DNA of 64,000 nucleotides from Alphaproteobacteria bacterium (GCA_963667785.2 CAXXMU010000006.1:96001-160000); one strand, 5' to 3'; shown: positions 1 to 10,510, counted from the first letter of the stretch. Made by a program: numbers and translations. Notes: generated from the sequence alone by a model not told the origin.

Positions 1-1197
1 ACCCACCATCTCGCCAACCGGCCGGAGAGCCGGCTCTTCGCCGGGCGCGTCTTCATGCTGGGCGGCTCGACCGGCCTGGAGCGCCGGGCACCGGGAGTCT
101 TCAGCGGCGATCTCAGCGGCATCGCGGCGGCCGCCATGCCGGGCTGGGCGCGGCTCCGCTACTTCCCCCCGCGCGATCTCGAAGCCATCGCCGACTGGCA
201 GGTCAAGATCGATCGCTTCGCCGCGCGGTCGCTCGACGAGGAGATCACGGGCATCGCCGGCACGCCGAGCTGGCTGCTCATCTTCCTCGAGCGCCTGATC
301 GAGATCGCCGGCAGCCGCAGGCGCGGCGCGGCAGGCCGGATCGCCGACATCTATCCCGCGCTCGAGATGCTGTCCCACGGGGGCGTCGCCTGGGCCCCCT
401 ATCGCGACCGCTTCGCCGCCCTGCTCGACGGCAGCCGGGCGGAGACGCGCGAGGTCTACCCGGCGAGCGAAGGGTTCTTCGCCGTCGCCGACCGGGGCGA
501 CGGCGAGGGGCTCAGGCTGCTGCTCGACAACGGCATCTTCTACGAGTTCATCCCCCTCGATCAGCTCGGGAGCGAACGGCCCGACTGCCGCTGGATCGGC
601 GACGCGGAGCCGGGCGTGAACTACGCGCTCGCCGTGACCACCTGCGCCGGCCTCTGGCGCTATCTGGTCGGCGACACAGTGACCGTGGTCGACCGCACGC
701 CGCCCCGCGTCCTCGTCACCGGGCGGACGAGCTACATGCTGTCGGCCTTCGGCGAGCACGTGATCGGCGCGGAGGTCGAGCGCGCCGTGGCCGAGGCGGC
801 GAGAGCGATCGGCGCCACGGTCAGCGACTTCGCCGCAGGAAGCCTCTTTCCCGAGGAGGCGAGCGCGCGCGGCGGCCACCTCTACATCGTCGAGCTGGGG
901 GCGGAGGGCAGCGGCCCCGACTCCGGCAGCAAGGCGCGCTTCGCCGCCGCGCTCGACGCGACGCTCTGCCGCCTCAACGACGACTACGCCGCCCACCGTG
1001 CGGGCGGCTACGGCATGGACGCCGCGCGTGTGCGCTTCCTCCCCGCCGGCGCGTTTGCCGCGTGGATGAAGAGCCGCGGCAGGCTCGGCGGGCAGAACAA
1101 GGTGCCCCGCGTCATCAACGACCCGGCGCTCTTCGCCGCCCTGCAGGCGTTCGCCGATTCGCACGACGAGGCAGGGGAAGGGACGCGGCGGCCATGA
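1..1197 (+). CDS. GH3 auxin-responsive-promoter family (acyl-adenylate-forming) protein, 5' truncated by window edge
   Basis: Frame is open from base 1; GH3-type motifs GTPSW, YPASEGFFA, FYEFIP, GLWRYLVGD, GGQNKVPR. Confidence 0.85.
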   Translation, partial: THHLANRPESRLFAGRVFMLGGSTGLERRAPGVFSGDLSGIAAAAMPGWARLRYFPPRDLEAIADWQVKIDRFAARSLDEEITGIAGTPSWLLIFLERLIEIAGSRRRGAAGRIADIYPALEMLSHGGVAWAPYRDRFAALLDGSRAETREVYPASEGFFAVADRGDGEGLRLLLDNGIFYEFIPLDQLGSERPDCRWIGDAEPGVNYALAVTTCAGLWRYLVGDTVTVVDRTPPRVLVTGRTSYMLSAFGEHVIGAEVERAVAEAARAIGATVSDFAAGSLFPEEASARGGHLYIVELGAEGSGPDSGSKARFAAALDATLCRLNDDYAAHRAGGYGMDAARVRFLPAGAFAAWMKSRGRLGGQNKVPRVINDPALFAALQAFADSHDEAGEGTRRP

Positions 1198-1922
1198 CGA
1201 GGCGCGAGGCGTCCATCCGCCTGCTGATGATCGAGGACGACCGCGCGCTCGCCGAGATGGTGGCGACCTATCTGGAGCGCGCGGGCATGACGCTCGACCA
1301 TCGCGAGAGCGCCGGGGCCGGTCTCACTGCCGCCCTCGGCGGCGGCTACGACGCGGTCGTGCTCGACCTGATGCTGCCGGACGGCGACGGCCTCGACCTC
1401 TGCCGCGCCATCCGCGCCCGCTCGGACGTGCCGATCCTCATGCTGACCGCGCGCGGCGAGGAGGCCGACCGCATCGTCGGCCTCGAGATCGGCGCCGACG
1501 ACTACCTGCCCAAGCCCTTCAACCCGCGCGAGCTGCTGGCCAGGCTCCGCGCCATCCTGCGCCGGCGCGGGGCGGATAGCGCCGGCGGCCGGGCTGCGGC
1601 GGCCGAGACCATGCGCTTCGGTCGCCTCGTCATCGACCGCGCGGCGCGCCGGGTGCTGGTCGACGGCGAGACGCGCGCGCTGACCGGCCACCAGTTCGAT
1701 ATCCTCTGCGCGCTCGCCGAGAGCGCGGGCCGGGTGCTCAGCCGCGAGCAGCTCATGGACCGGGTGCGGGGCGAGGCGCTGGAGGCCTTCGACCGCAGCA
1801 TCGACGTGCACGTCTCGCGCATCCGGGCGGCGATCGAGGACGACCCGAAGAAGCCGCGCCGCATCGTCACCCTGCGGGGCGCGGGCTACCTCTTCACCCG
1901 CCGCCAGGACGAGGGCGCGTGA
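1194..1922 (+). CDS. OmpR/PhoB-family response regulator
   Basis: IEDD, VLDLMLPDGDG, MLTA, DDYLPKPF, winged-helix DRSIDVHVSRIR...RGAGY; ATGA overlap with upstream stop. Confidence 0.95.
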   Translation: MTRREASIRLLMIEDDRALAEMVATYLERAGMTLDHRESAGAGLTAALGGGYDAVVLDLMLPDGDGLDLCRAIRARSDVPILMLTARGEEADRIVGLEIGADDYLPKPFNPRELLARLRAILRRRGADSAGGRAAAAETMRFGRLVIDRAARRVLVDGETRALTGHQFDILCALAESAGRVLSREQLMDRVRGEALEAFDRSIDVHVSRIRAAIEDDPKKPRRIVTLRGAGYLFTRRQDEGA

Positions 1923-3214
1923 GGCGCCGCCTCTTCCTCCAGGTCTACCTGACGATGCTCGCCATCGTCGTGCTCTTCGGCGCGCTCGCGGCGATCGGCT
2001 GGTGGCTCACCGACGACGACGCTCTCGAAGCCGATCTCCGCCGGGGTCTCGGCACCCTGCTGGCCGAAGCGCTGCCGCCGCCCGGCGCGCCGCAGGGCGA
2101 GATCGAGGCCGCCCTCGCCCGGCTGGGCCGCGACATCGACGCCCGCATCACCGTGGTCGGCGCCGACGGCCGGCCGCTCGCGAGCCTCGGCGAGGCGTTG
2201 CCGGCGCCGGAGGAGCCGCCCGCCCGCTGGCGCGCGGGCCCGGGCCATGCCTTCGCCCTGCCGCTGCCGGACGGACGGCTGGTCCTCTACCGTGCGACGG
2301 AGGACCGGCCCCACGCGAAGGCGATCGGCTTCCTCGCGGCCCTTGCCGTCCTCGCGCTCGCCGTCGCCATCGGCGCCTGGCCGCTCGCCCGCCGGCTCGC
2401 GCGGCGGCTGGAGCGGCTGCAGACCCGGGTCGAGGCGCTGGGCGCCGGCGATCTCGCCGCCCGGGTCGAGGTCGAGGGCAGGGACGAGATCGCGGCGCTC
2501 GCGCGGAGCTTCAACCGGGCGGCCGCGCGCATCCAGGCGCTGGTGGAGGCCCAGCGGGACACGCTGGCCGCTGCCTCCCACGAGCTGCGCTCGCCGCTCG
2601 CCCGCATCCGCATGGCCGTCGAGCTGCTGGCGGAGAACGGCGATCCGCGCTTGCGCGCACGGATCGAGCGCGACGTGGAGGACCTCGACGCGCTGATCGA
2701 GGAGATCCTGCTGGCGAGCCGCCTCAGCACCCGGGAGGGGCCCCTGCATCGGGAGCGAATCGACCTCCAGGCGCTCTCGGCCGAGGAGGCCGCGCGGGCC
2801 GGCGCGGCGTTCGCGGGCGGGCCGGCTGCCGTGGACGGCGAGGGCCGGCTGCTCGCCCGACTCGTCCGCAACCTGCTCGAGAACGCCGCGCGCCACGCGC
2901 CCGGCGCGCCCGCCCGGGTGGAGCTCGCGGTGCGGGACGGCCGCGCGCTGCTCCGCGTGCTGGACCGCGGGCCCGGCGTGCCGGAGGCGGAGCGGGAGCG
3001 CATCTTCGATCCCTTCTACCGCCGGCCGGGCAGGCCCGCGGACGACGACGGAACCGGAGGCGATGACGGCGCCCCGGACGTCACGGGCGCGGGCCTCGGG
3101 CTCAGCCTGGTGCGCCAGATCGCCCGGCGCCACGGCGGCGAGGCGACCTGCCTGCCGCGCGATGGCGGCGGCGCCTGCTTCGAGGTGAGCCTGCCCGCGG
3201 CCGGGCCGTCGTAG
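1919..3214 (+). CDS. HAMP-domain sensor histidine kinase
   Basis: Two TM segments, HAMP (GRDEIAALARSFN), H-box SHELRSPL, N-box NLLENA, DRGPG, GLGL; GTGA overlap. Confidence 0.95.
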   Translation: MRRRLFLQVYLTMLAIVVLFGALAAIGWWLTDDDALEADLRRGLGTLLAEALPPPGAPQGEIEAALARLGRDIDARITVVGADGRPLASLGEALPAPEEPPARWRAGPGHAFALPLPDGRLVLYRATEDRPHAKAIGFLAALAVLALAVAIGAWPLARRLARRLERLQTRVEALGAGDLAARVEVEGRDEIAALARSFNRAAARIQALVEAQRDTLAAASHELRSPLARIRMAVELLAENGDPRLRARIERDVEDLDALIEEILLASRLSTREGPLHRERIDLQALSAEEAARAGAAFAGGPAAVDGEGRLLARLVRNLLENAARHAPGAPARVELAVRDGRALLRVLDRGPGVPEAERERIFDPFYRRPGRPADDDGTGGDDGAPDVTGAGLGLSLVRQIARRHGGEATCLPRDGGGACFEVSLPAAGPS

Positions 3215-3431
3215 TGTCCTGTTTCCGAAAGTCAGTACCCGCGGAGTCGGGCCTGCGAGGGATCCCTCCAAGCGCGGTTTTCTTGCACATCGTCATGCCC
3301 GGACCTGTTCCGGGCATCCACGTTCTTTGCCCCTGCTGCACGAAAACCCGTGGATGGCCGGGACAAGCCCGGCCATGACGAGTCGGGGGGGGGGCGGCGC
3401 CCTCGCGGGCCGGAAATTGGCCCGGCCACTG
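3211..3431. mobile_element. MITE-like element family B, copy 1 (right end degenerate)
   Basis: Left end TAGTGTCCTGTTTCCGAA shared with 17811 and 58404; core CGTCATGCCCGGAC..GTTCCGGGCATC / GTGGATGGCCGGGACAAGCCCGGCCATGACG. Confidence 0.7.
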
Positions 3432-3473
3432 TAACAAATTTGTTGTTGACAGACCCGCGACACTTAGCGTTTC

Positions 3474-3520
3474 CTACCACACGTTGCGGTCTTGTCGCCT
3501 TGTTGCCCTATATGTCGTTG
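3474..3520 (+). promoter_or_regulatory. Tandem NrdR boxes upstream of nrdJ
   Basis: CTACCACACGTTGCGG (3474-3489) and GCCCTATATGTCGTTG (3505-3520) resemble acaCwAtATaTwGtgt; starts are 31 bp apart, the typical NrdR spacing. Confidence 0.75.
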
Positions 3521-3581
3521 GGGACGGCAAGGCCGCGAGCGAGCGGTATATCGACGCAAGTCGTGTTCTTGGGGGTCTCTC

Positions 3582-6500
3582 ATGCGCATCGGGCGCCACT
3601 ATACGACGGACGACGGATCGCCCCGCGAGAAGATCGCCTACCGCACGACCACCTGCGAGATCCGCAACCCCGACGGCTCGGTGGTGTTCGCGCAGGAAGG
3701 CGTCGAGGTTCCGGCCGGCTGGTCGCAGGTCGCCTGCGACGTGCTCGCCCAGAAATATTTCCGCAAGGCCGGCATCGCCGCCCGCCGCAAGCCGGTGCCG
3801 GAGGACGGCGTGCCCGAGTGGCTGTGGCGGAGCGCGCCCGACCCTGATGCCGCGAACGGAGCGGACGGCGCGGACGACAAGCCGGCCCAGGGCGAGTGCT
3901 CGGCGAAGGAGGTCTTCCACCGCCTCGCCGGCACCTGGACCTACTGGGGCTGGAAGGCCGGCTACTTCGACGCCGAATCGGACGCCCGCGCCTTCTACGA
4001 CGAGCTCGTCGCCATGCTGGCGCTGCAGGTGGCGGCGCCCAACTCGCCGCAGTGGTTCAACACCGGCCTGCACTGGGCCTACGGCATCGATGGCCCGGCC
4101 CAGGGCCACTATTTCGTCGACTTCGAGAACGGCGCGCTGAACGAGGCGACCTCGGCCTACGAGCGCCCCCAGCCGCACGCCTGCTTCATCCAGAGCATCC
4201 AGGACGACCTCGTCAACGACGGCGGGATCATGGACCTCTGGGTGCGCGAGGCGCGGCTCTTCAAATACGGCTCCGGCACGGGCACCAACTTCTCCTCCCT
4301 GCGCGGCGAGGGCGAGCCGCTGTCCGGCGGCGGCAAGTCGTCCGGCCTGATGAGCTTCCTCAAGATCGGCGACCGCGCCGCCGGCGCCATCAAGTCGGGC
4401 GGCACCACGCGGCGCGCCGCCAAGATGGTCATCGTCGACGTCGACCACCCGGACATCGAGGACTTCGTCGACTGGAAGGCGGTCGAGGAGCAGAAGGTCG
4501 CGTCGCTGGTGAGCGGCTCGGCGCTGCTGCAGGCCCGCCTCAACGCGATCGTCGCCGCCTGCCACGAGGGGGACAGCGGCGAGCGCTTCGATCCCGCCGC
4601 CAACCGGGGGCTGGGGGAGGCGGTGCGCGAGGCGCGCAAGGCGCTGGTGCCAGAGACCTGCATCCACCGCGCGATTCGCTGGGCCGAGCAGGGCTACACC
4701 GAGATCGACTTCCGCATCTACGACACCGACTGGCAGTCGGAGGCCTATCTCACGGTCTCGGGCCAGAACTCCAACAACTCGATCCGCGTGACCGACGAGT
4801 TCCTGCGCCAGGTCGAGGCCGGCGGTGAGTGGGATCTCGTCCGCCGGACCGACGGCGCGGTGGCCCGGACCATCGACGCCCGCGCGCTCTGGGATCGGAT
4901 CGCCGAGGCCGCCTGGGCCTCGGCCGACCCCGGCATCCAGTTCGATTCCACCATCAACGCCTGGCACACCTGCCCGGCGGGCGGGCGGATCAACGCGTCG
5001 AACCCCTGCTCCGAGTACATGTTCCTCGACGACACCGCCTGCAACCTCGCCTCGCTCAACCTGATCACCTTCCGCCGCGCGGACGGCAGCTTCGACTCCG
5101 AGCGCTTCGAGCACGCGGTGAGGCTCTGGACCGTCGTCCTCGAGATCGCGGTGGTGATGGCGCAGTTCCCCTCGCGCGAGATCGCGCTGCGCTCGGACCG
5201 CTACCGCACCCTCGGCCTCGGCTTCGCCAATCTCGGCGGGCTGCTGATGTCGCTGGGGCTGCCCTACGACAGCGCCGAGGGCCGCGCGCTCTGCGGCGCC
5301 ATCAGCGCGCTGATGACCGGCACGGCGTACGCGACCTCGGCCGAGATGGCGGGCGAGCTGGGCGCGTTCCCGGCCTTCGCCGAGAACCGCGACGCCATGC
5401 TGCGGGTGATGCGCAACCACCGCGCCGCCGCCAGCGGCGAGACCGCGAGCTTCGAGGGACTCGACATCCAGCCGGCGCCGCTCGATCACGCCAACCTGCC
5501 CGATGACGCCCTCGGCGGGGCCGCCACCGGCGCCTGGGAGCGCGCGGTCACGCTCGGCGAGGAGCACGGATACCGCAACGCCCAGGCGACGGTGATCGCG
5601 CCCACCGGCACCATCGGCCTGGTCATGGACTGCGACACCACCGGGATCGAGCCCGACTTCGCCCTGGTGAAGTTCAAGAAGCTGGCGGGCGGCGGGCACT
5701 TCAAGATCATCAACGGAACCGTGCCCAAGGCACTGAAGACGCTGGGCTACTCGGAGACGCAGATCCGCGAGATCGTGGACTACGCGGTCGGCCGCGGCAC
5801 CCTCGACGGCGCGCCCGCGATCGATCACGCGGCGCTCGCGCGCAAGGGCTTCACCGAGGCCGTCATCGAACGGGTCGAGGGCGCCCTCAAGTCGGCCTTC
5901 GACCTCAACCTCGCCTTCAACAAGTGGACGCTCGGCGCCGACTTCTGCACCGGCACCCTCGGCCTCGACCCCCGCACCCTCGACGAGCCGGGCTTCGACC
6001 TGCTCGGCGCCATCGGCTTCAGCCCCGGCGAGATCGAGGCGGCGACGCTCTACTGCTGCGGCGCCATGACGCTGGAAGGGGCGCCGCACATCAAGGCCGA
6101 GCACCTGCCGGTCTTCGACTGCGCCAACCCCTGCGGGCGGACCGGCTCGAGCCGCTGCCTCTCCACCGAGAGCCACGTGCGGATGATGGCGGCGGCGCAG
6201 CCCTTCGTGTCAGGCGCCATCTCGAAGACCATCAACCTGCCGATGGACGCCACCGTCGAGGACTGCCGCAGGGCCTACGAGCTCTCCTGGCGCCTCGGGC
6301 TGAAGGCCAACGCGCTCTATCGGGACGGTTCCAAGCTTTCTCAGCCCCTCACCGCCCTCGTCCTGGGGGAGGGAGGGGAAGAGGTGGCCGGAGACGGAGA
6401 GGGGACGGAGAAGAGCCCCGCGGAGGGAGCTCCGGCCATCGAACCCACGCCGCTCGCGGTCGCCGAGCGGATCGTCCGGCAGGTCATCCGCGAGGGCGAG

Positions 6501-7295
6501 CGGCGGCGCCTGCCGCACCGCCGGCGCGGCTACACGCAGAAGGCCACCGTCGGCGGACACAAGGTCTATCTCAGGACCGGCGAGTTCCAGGACGGCTCCC
6601 TCGGCGAGATCTTCATCGACATGCACAAGGAGGGCGCCTCCTTCCGCAGCCTGATGAACAACTTCGCGATCTCGATCTCGATCGGCCTGCAGTACGGCGT
6701 GCCGCTGGACGAGTACGTCGACGCCTTCACCTTCACCCGGTTCGAGCCGGCGGGCACGGTGCACAACAACGACGCCATCAAGATGAGCACCTCGATCCTC
6801 GATTACATCTTCCGTGAGCTCGCCATCTCCTATCTCGGGCGCAGCGACCTCTCCCACGCCGAGGCCGAGGACCTGCTGCCGGACACCATCGGCGGCGGCG
6901 AGGAGCAGACCATACGCGCGCCGGTGGACGAGGGGCGCGGGCGCGCCGGCGCCGGTCCCGACGACCCGGTGAGCGCGGGCTACGTCCGCTCGAACCTGCT
7001 GGTGCTCAACGGCGGCGCCGCCGGCAACGGCAACGAGGCCGGTGGCCGCGAGAGCGCCCGCCGGGCGGGCGCGGCGCACGGCGGAGACGCCATGGCGACC
7101 CCTGCCCTGCGCGAGCGGCCGGCTGCCGTCCTGGTGGAGGCCGCGTCGCCCGCGGCCGGGCGCGACAGCCTGACCCAGGCGCGCGGCAAGGGCTACGAGG
7201 GCGAGGCCTGCGGCGATTGCGGCAACTTCACGCTGGTCCGCAACGGGACCTGCATGAAGTGTGTGACTTGCGGCGCTACCAGTGGTTGTTCCTGA
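3582..7295 (+). CDS. nrdJ: Class II adenosylcobalamin-dependent ribonucleotide reductase with fused C-terminal TSCPD/Zn-ribbon domain
   Basis: [55 protein letters not shown], terminal CGDC...[11 protein letters not shown]. Confidence 0.97.
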   Translation: MRIGRHYTTDDGSPREKIAYRTTTCEIRNPDGSVVFAQEGVEVPAGWSQVACDVLAQKYFRKAGIAARRKPVPEDGVPEWLWRSAPDPDAANGADGADDKPAQGECSAKEVFHRLAGTWTYWGWKAGYFDAESDARAFYDELVAMLALQVAAPNSPQWFNTGLHWAYGIDGPAQGHYFVDFENGALNEATSAYERPQPHACFIQSIQDDLVNDGGIMDLWVREARLFKYGSGTGTNFSSLRGEGEPLSGGGKSSGLMSFLKIGDRAAGAIKSGGTTRRAAKMVIVDVDHPDIEDFVDWKAVEEQKVASLVSGSALLQARLNAIVAACHEGDSGERFDPAANRGLGEAVREARKALVPETCIHRAIRWAEQGYTEIDFRIYDTDWQSEAYLTVSGQNSNNSIRVTDEFLRQVEAGGEWDLVRRTDGAVARTIDARALWDRIAEAAWASADPGIQFDSTINAWHTCPAGGRINASNPCSEYMFLDDTACNLASLNLITFRRADGSFDSERFEHAVRLWTVVLEIAVVMAQFPSREIALRSDRYRTLGLGFANLGGLLMSLGLPYDSAEGRALCGAISALMTGTAYATSAEMAGELGAFPAFAENRDAMLRVMRNHRAAASGETASFEGLDIQPAPLDHANLPDDALGGAATGAWERAVTLGEEHGYRNAQATVIAPTGTIGLVMDCDTTGIEPDFALVKFKKLAGGGHFKIINGTVPKALKTLGYSETQIREIVDYAVGRGTLDGAPAIDHAALARKGFTEAVIERVEGALKSAFDLNLAFNKWTLGADFCTGTLGLDPRTLDEPGFDLLGAIGFSPGEIEAATLYCCGAMTLEGAPHIKAEHLPVFDCANPCGRTGSSRCLSTESHVRMMAAAQPFVSGAISKTINLPMDATVEDCRRAYELSWRLGLKANALYRDGSKLSQPLTALVLGEGGEEVAGDGEGTEKSPAEGAPAIEPTPLAVAERIVRQVIREGERRRLPHRRRGYTQKATVGGHKVYLRTGEFQDGSLGEIFIDMHKEGASFRSLMNNFAISISIGLQYGVPLDEYVDAFTFTRFEPAGTVHNNDAIKMSTSILDYIFRELAISYLGRSDLSHAEAEDLLPDTIGGGEEQTIRAPVDEGRGRAGAGPDDPVSAGYVRSNLLVLNGGAAGNGNEAGGRESARRAGAAHGGDAMATPALRERPAAVLVEAASPAAGRDSLTQARGKGYEGEACGDCGNFTLVRNGTCMKCVTCGATSGCS

Positions 7296-7333
7296 CGACC
7301 GTCCATCTCCCGCGGTCATGAACCACTGGCACT

Positions 7334-7366
7334 GGGGAGTGCGTGCAACGCGCACTCCCCTCTTTT
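7334..7366 (+). terminator. Intrinsic terminator after nrdJ
   Basis: Stem GGGGAGTGCG/CGCACTCCCC followed by TCTTTT. Confidence 0.7.
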
Positions 7367-7473
7367 CTCGGGGCGCGCATTTGAGCGCCCTTTGCCGCAT
7401 CCGTCAAGCGGTCTGACCAATGCACTGGTACAGGCGCCGCGGCCGCCGCAGGCAGGGACCCACGAGCAAGACC

Positions 7474-8292
7474 ATGAGACACTGCACCGTCGGCGCGCTG
7501 ATCGGGGCGCTCGCGCTGGTTCTCGCCGCCTGTCAGCCGCAGGGAACGGCCACGCCGATCGCCAGCGACGAGGCGGGGGTGAGTCTCGCGTCCTGGCTCG
7601 CCAAACCCGAGGGGGACGGCCCCTTCCCCGCGGTCGTCCTGACGCACGGCTGCTCCGGCCTCCAGAGAGACACGTCGCATCGGACGGTCTGGCGCGGCCT
7701 GGCTCGTCACGCCGCGTTTCTGAACGAGCACGGCTACGTCACGCTCATCCTGGACAGCTTCGGCCCGCGCCGCATCACCGACGGCTGCCAGACCGGGTTG
7801 AAGTACACGTCGGTGCAAATGGACGACGCCTACCTCGCCTTCGATCATCTGGCGTCGCTGCCCTTCGTGGATGTCGAGCGCATCGGATTCGTCGGCCAGT
7901 CGCTTGGCGGCAGCACGGCGCTGTACCTGGCTCAGAGATACACCAACAATCGACGCGCCCGACAGGGTCTGCCCACCTACGCAGCGCTCGTCGCCTACTA
8001 TCCCTGGTGCGAGACGTCCTGGGTCCACACCCTGGTTCGTCCGGTCCTGATTCTGATCGGCGCCGACGACGACTGGACGCCGGCCTCCCGCTGCGTTCCT
8101 CTCGATCCCGCGGTCGAGCTGATGGTCTATCCGGACACGCACCACTCCTTCGATCTGCCCATGCAAGGCACGTTCGTCGTCGAAGGCATGTTCGGCAGCG
8201 TTCACACGGTGGCCGCCAACGACGACGCACGGCGGGACTCGCAGGCGCGCATGCTCGACTTCTTCGACGACTACCTTGGCCCGCTGTATTGA
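7474..8292 (+). CDS. Dienelactone hydrolase-family lipoprotein
   Basis: Lipobox LAAC, HGCSG, GQSLGG nucleophile elbow, DDWTP, HSFD. Confidence 0.85.
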   Translation: MRHCTVGALIGALALVLAACQPQGTATPIASDEAGVSLASWLAKPEGDGPFPAVVLTHGCSGLQRDTSHRTVWRGLARHAAFLNEHGYVTLILDSFGPRRITDGCQTGLKYTSVQMDDAYLAFDHLASLPFVDVERIGFVGQSLGGSTALYLAQRYTNNRRARQGLPTYAALVAYYPWCETSWVHTLVRPVLILIGADDDWTPASRCVPLDPAVELMVYPDTHHSFDLPMQGTFVVEGMFGSVHTVAANDDARRDSQARMLDFFDDYLGPLY

Positions 8293-8337
8293 GGCCATGC
8301 CGGCGCCGACCCTCACCCACATCAGCAGGACGAGACC

Positions 8338-9039
8338 ATGACGCCCAGCGCCTTCCGCGCCTTCACCTTCGATTGCTACGGCACCCTCATCGACTGGGAG
8401 CAGGGCATGCTGCGGGCGCTCCGCGCGCTGCCGGGGCTGGACGCCGACGACGACGCGCTGCTCGCCGCCTTCGCCCGGCACGAGCACGCCATCCAGGAGG
8501 AGCACCCGGCGATGCTCTACCCGGAGGTGCTGGGCCGGGTGGCGAAGGCGATCGCGGCCGACTTCGGCCGCGCGGCGTCGGACGCGAAGGCGGCCGCCTT
8601 CGGTGCCTCGATCGCCGACTGGCCGCCCTTCCCGGACACGGTAGCCGCGCTTGACTACCTCAAGCAGCACGGGCTGCTGGTGGTGCTCTCCAACGTGGAC
8701 CGCGCGTCGTTCGCCGAGAGCGCCCGGCGCCTGGGCGATCCCTTCCACGCGGTCGTCACCGCCGAGGACGTGGGCAGCTACAAGCCGGCGCCGGCCCACT
8801 TCGCGCGGGCCAAGGCGCTGCTCGCCAAAGACGGCATCGCGCCCGGCGAGATACTCCACGTGGCCCAGAGCCTCTTCCACGACGTGCAGCCGGGCCGGGC
8901 CGCCGGGCTCGCCACCTGCTGGATCGACCGCCGTGCGGGCCGCCCCGGCGGCGCCACGCCGCCGGTCGACGTGGAGCCCGACATCCGCTTCACCGACCTC
9001 GCCCAGCTCGCCGCCTGGCACCGCGCAGGTAGCGGCTGA
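8338..9039 (+). CDS. HAD-superfamily haloacid dehalogenase type II-like hydrolase
   Basis: FDCYGTLIDW, LSNVD, SYKP, HVAQSLFHD. Confidence 0.9.
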   Translation: MTPSAFRAFTFDCYGTLIDWEQGMLRALRALPGLDADDDALLAAFARHEHAIQEEHPAMLYPEVLGRVAKAIAADFGRAASDAKAAAFGASIADWPPFPDTVAALDYLKQHGLLVVLSNVDRASFAESARRLGDPFHAVVTAEDVGSYKPAPAHFARAKALLAKDGIAPGEILHVAQSLFHDVQPGRAAGLATCWIDRRAGRPGGATPPVDVEPDIRFTDLAQLAAWHRAGSG

Positions 9040-9042
9040 GCG

Positions 9043-9220
9043 CTGGAGCGTTTCCGTTCAGCACGCAAACGCTCCCGCTCTTCGTCGCTCACGGCAGCCG
9101 GCCGTCCCGCTACCCCGCGCGCGGGCCGGCGCGACGGCCGGCGCCTGCGCGGGCGCGCCGCATGAGCGGCGGGCCGCGGTCGCGGCCTGTCGCGTATCCG
9201 TCAAAGACGGATACGCTCTA
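9043..9220. mobile_element. MITE-like element family C, copy 1
   Basis: Reverse-complement homologue of 17664-17814; terminal hairpin GCGTATCCGTC-AAA-GACGGATACGC then TCTA. Confidence 0.75.
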
Positions 9221-9240
9221 TCGGCGCCCTAACGGGCGAG

Positions 9241-9271
9241 CTTGACATTTCATGATCCAGGAAGCTAAGCC
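9241..9271 (+). promoter_or_regulatory. Putative sigma70 promoter of the TA operon
   Basis: TTGACA (9242) - 18 bp - TAAGCC (9266), just upstream of the antitoxin start. Confidence 0.5.
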
Positions 9272-9296
9272 TTCGGAGACGGATCGAGGCCCCGCC

Positions 9297-9524
9297 ATGA
9301 CGCAGACCCGCGAGAAGTTCGCCACCCAGGTCGACGGCGCCCTGCTCGCCGACCTGCGCGGGCTGGCCAAGCAGGAGGGCCGCCAGATCCAGGCGCTCGT
9401 CGAGGAGGCGATCGCGGCGCTGATCGAGCAGCGGCGGCAGGGCACGGTGCGCCCGCACGTGATGAGCGCCTACCAGAGGAGCCACGCCCGCTACGCTTCG
9501 CTCTACGAGAAACTCGCGCGGTGA
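9297..9524 (+). CDS. Ribbon-helix-helix-type antitoxin
   Basis: 75 aa; KFATQVD strand followed by two helices; GTGA overlap with Doc toxin. Confidence 0.75.
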   Translation: MTQTREKFATQVDGALLADLRGLAKQEGRQIQALVEEAIAALIEQRRQGTVRPHVMSAYQRSHARYASLYEKLAR

Positions 9525-9901
9525 CGCGGGACTATCTGACCCTCGCCGACATTCTTGCCATCCACGCCGATCAGATCGCGACCTATGGCGGTGCGGCGGG
9601 CGTGCGCGATCCAGGCCAGCTCGAGGCCGCGCTGTTCCGGCCGCAAAGCGGCTACTACGCCGATGCGATCGCCGAGGCGGCCGCGCTCTGGGAAAGCCTC
9701 TCGCAGAACCATCCCTTCGTGGACGGCAACAAGCGCACGGCCTTCGCCGCGACCTTCACCTTCCTCGCCATCAACGGCATCGACCTGACGGCCGGCGCCG
9801 ACGAGACGTGGGCCTTCCTCTCACGCCTCTACGACCGTCACGAATTCACGCTTGCCGTGCTCGACGCGTGGCTCCGCGAGCACACGCGGCCCGAGCGTTA
9901 G
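9521..9901 (+). CDS. doc: Death-on-curing (Doc/Fic) family toxin
   Basis: HPFVDGNKRT Doc-type motif, GVRDPGQLEAAL, 126 aa. Confidence 0.92.
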   Translation: MTRDYLTLADILAIHADQIATYGGAAGVRDPGQLEAALFRPQSGYYADAIAEAAALWESLSQNHPFVDGNKRTAFAATFTFLAINGIDLTAGADETWAFLSRLYDRHEFTLAVLDAWLREHTRPER

Positions 9902-10127
9902 AGCGTTATCCGACCATACGAGGTCACCACGGCCTGCACGACTCCCACCTCCCCCTGTCCCCCTCCCCCAGAGGCGGAGGGGGAACGTAGACGGCACTGG
10001 CAAATTCTCCCTCTCCGCCCCTGGGGGCGGAGAGGGCCGGGGTGAGGTGGGGGACAGCCGCACTGCGTGCGAACGGGGGAGCGTGCGACAACCGGACGTG
10101 GCCCCGTCTGGTCAGAACTTGCGCTAG
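9898..10127. mobile_element. MITE-like element family A, copy 1
   Basis: Imperfect TIRs TTAGAGCGTTATCCGACCATACG / CGTCTGGTCAGAACTTGCGCTAG; palindromic core CACCTCCCCCTGTCCCCCTCC...CCCTCTCCGCCCC-TG-GGGGCGGAGAGGG..GGGGTGAGGTG. Confidence 0.8.
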
Positions 10128-10135
10128 CCGCCCGC

Positions 10136-10510
10136 CTACTCGTGGACGTCGAAGCGGAAGGACTTCGAGACGATTTTCCACTCGCCGTCGATCCTGATGA
10201 GGGAGAGGTAATCGGTGAAGTAGCGCGGATGGATCGCGCACTCGCAGGTCACGACGGCGGTGTTGTCGTCCGACATGTCGATGGAGACGATGCGGTCGTG
10301 GCGCGCCTCTCCCTTGGACGCCGGCGGCACGCGCCCCCGCACGATCTCGAACCACTCCTCGCGCGGCCAGTCGACGAACGCGCCGTCCATGTTCGCGAAC
10401 AGACGGGAGGACGGGTGAAAGATCGTGGCGAGCTTCTCCGTGTCGCACTCGTAGAGCCCGTCGAAATAGACCTGCACGACGTCGGTGATCTCTTGGTAGC
10501 TGCTGCTCAT
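10136..10510 (-). CDS. NTF2-like (lumazine-binding-like) protein
   Basis: 124 aa; YFDGLY..D..L..IFHP and FTDYLSL....GEWKIVSK. Confidence 0.85.
   Translation of the reverse strand: MSSSYQEITDVVQVYFDGLYECDTEKLATIFHPSSRLFANMDGAFVDWPREEWFEIVRGRVPPASKGEARHDRIVSIDMSDDNTAVVTCECAIHPRYFTDYLSLIRIDGEWKIVSKSFRFDVHE

Noticed and set aside
3232-3480. Small ORFs containing SWPGLSRPS / MDARNKSGHD / PHLTPALSAP (also near 9821, 14035, 17780, 58375)
   Set aside because: These are translations of the palindromic repeat cores, not genes.
3430-3581. Cobalamin riboswitch upstream of the B12-dependent nrdJ
   Set aside because: No B12-box or conserved riboswitch core is visible; NrdR boxes explain the region.
3474-6176. 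900-aa antisense ORF, and similar long shadow ORFs (e.g. 9924-12053, 12335-14503, 34074-36566, 54680-56455)
   Set aside because: They lie opposite well-supported genes, are Arg/Ala/Gly-rich without motifs, and are expected from stop-codon scarcity at this GC content.
6360-7160. Possible intein or insertion in NrdJ
   Set aside because: The divergent parts are low-complexity linkers flanking the TSCPD domain; no intein splice motifs or endonuclease blocks were seen.
7474-8292. Slightly more A/T-ending codons suggesting horizontal acquisition
   Set aside because: Impression only, not computed, and no flanking mobility signals were seen.
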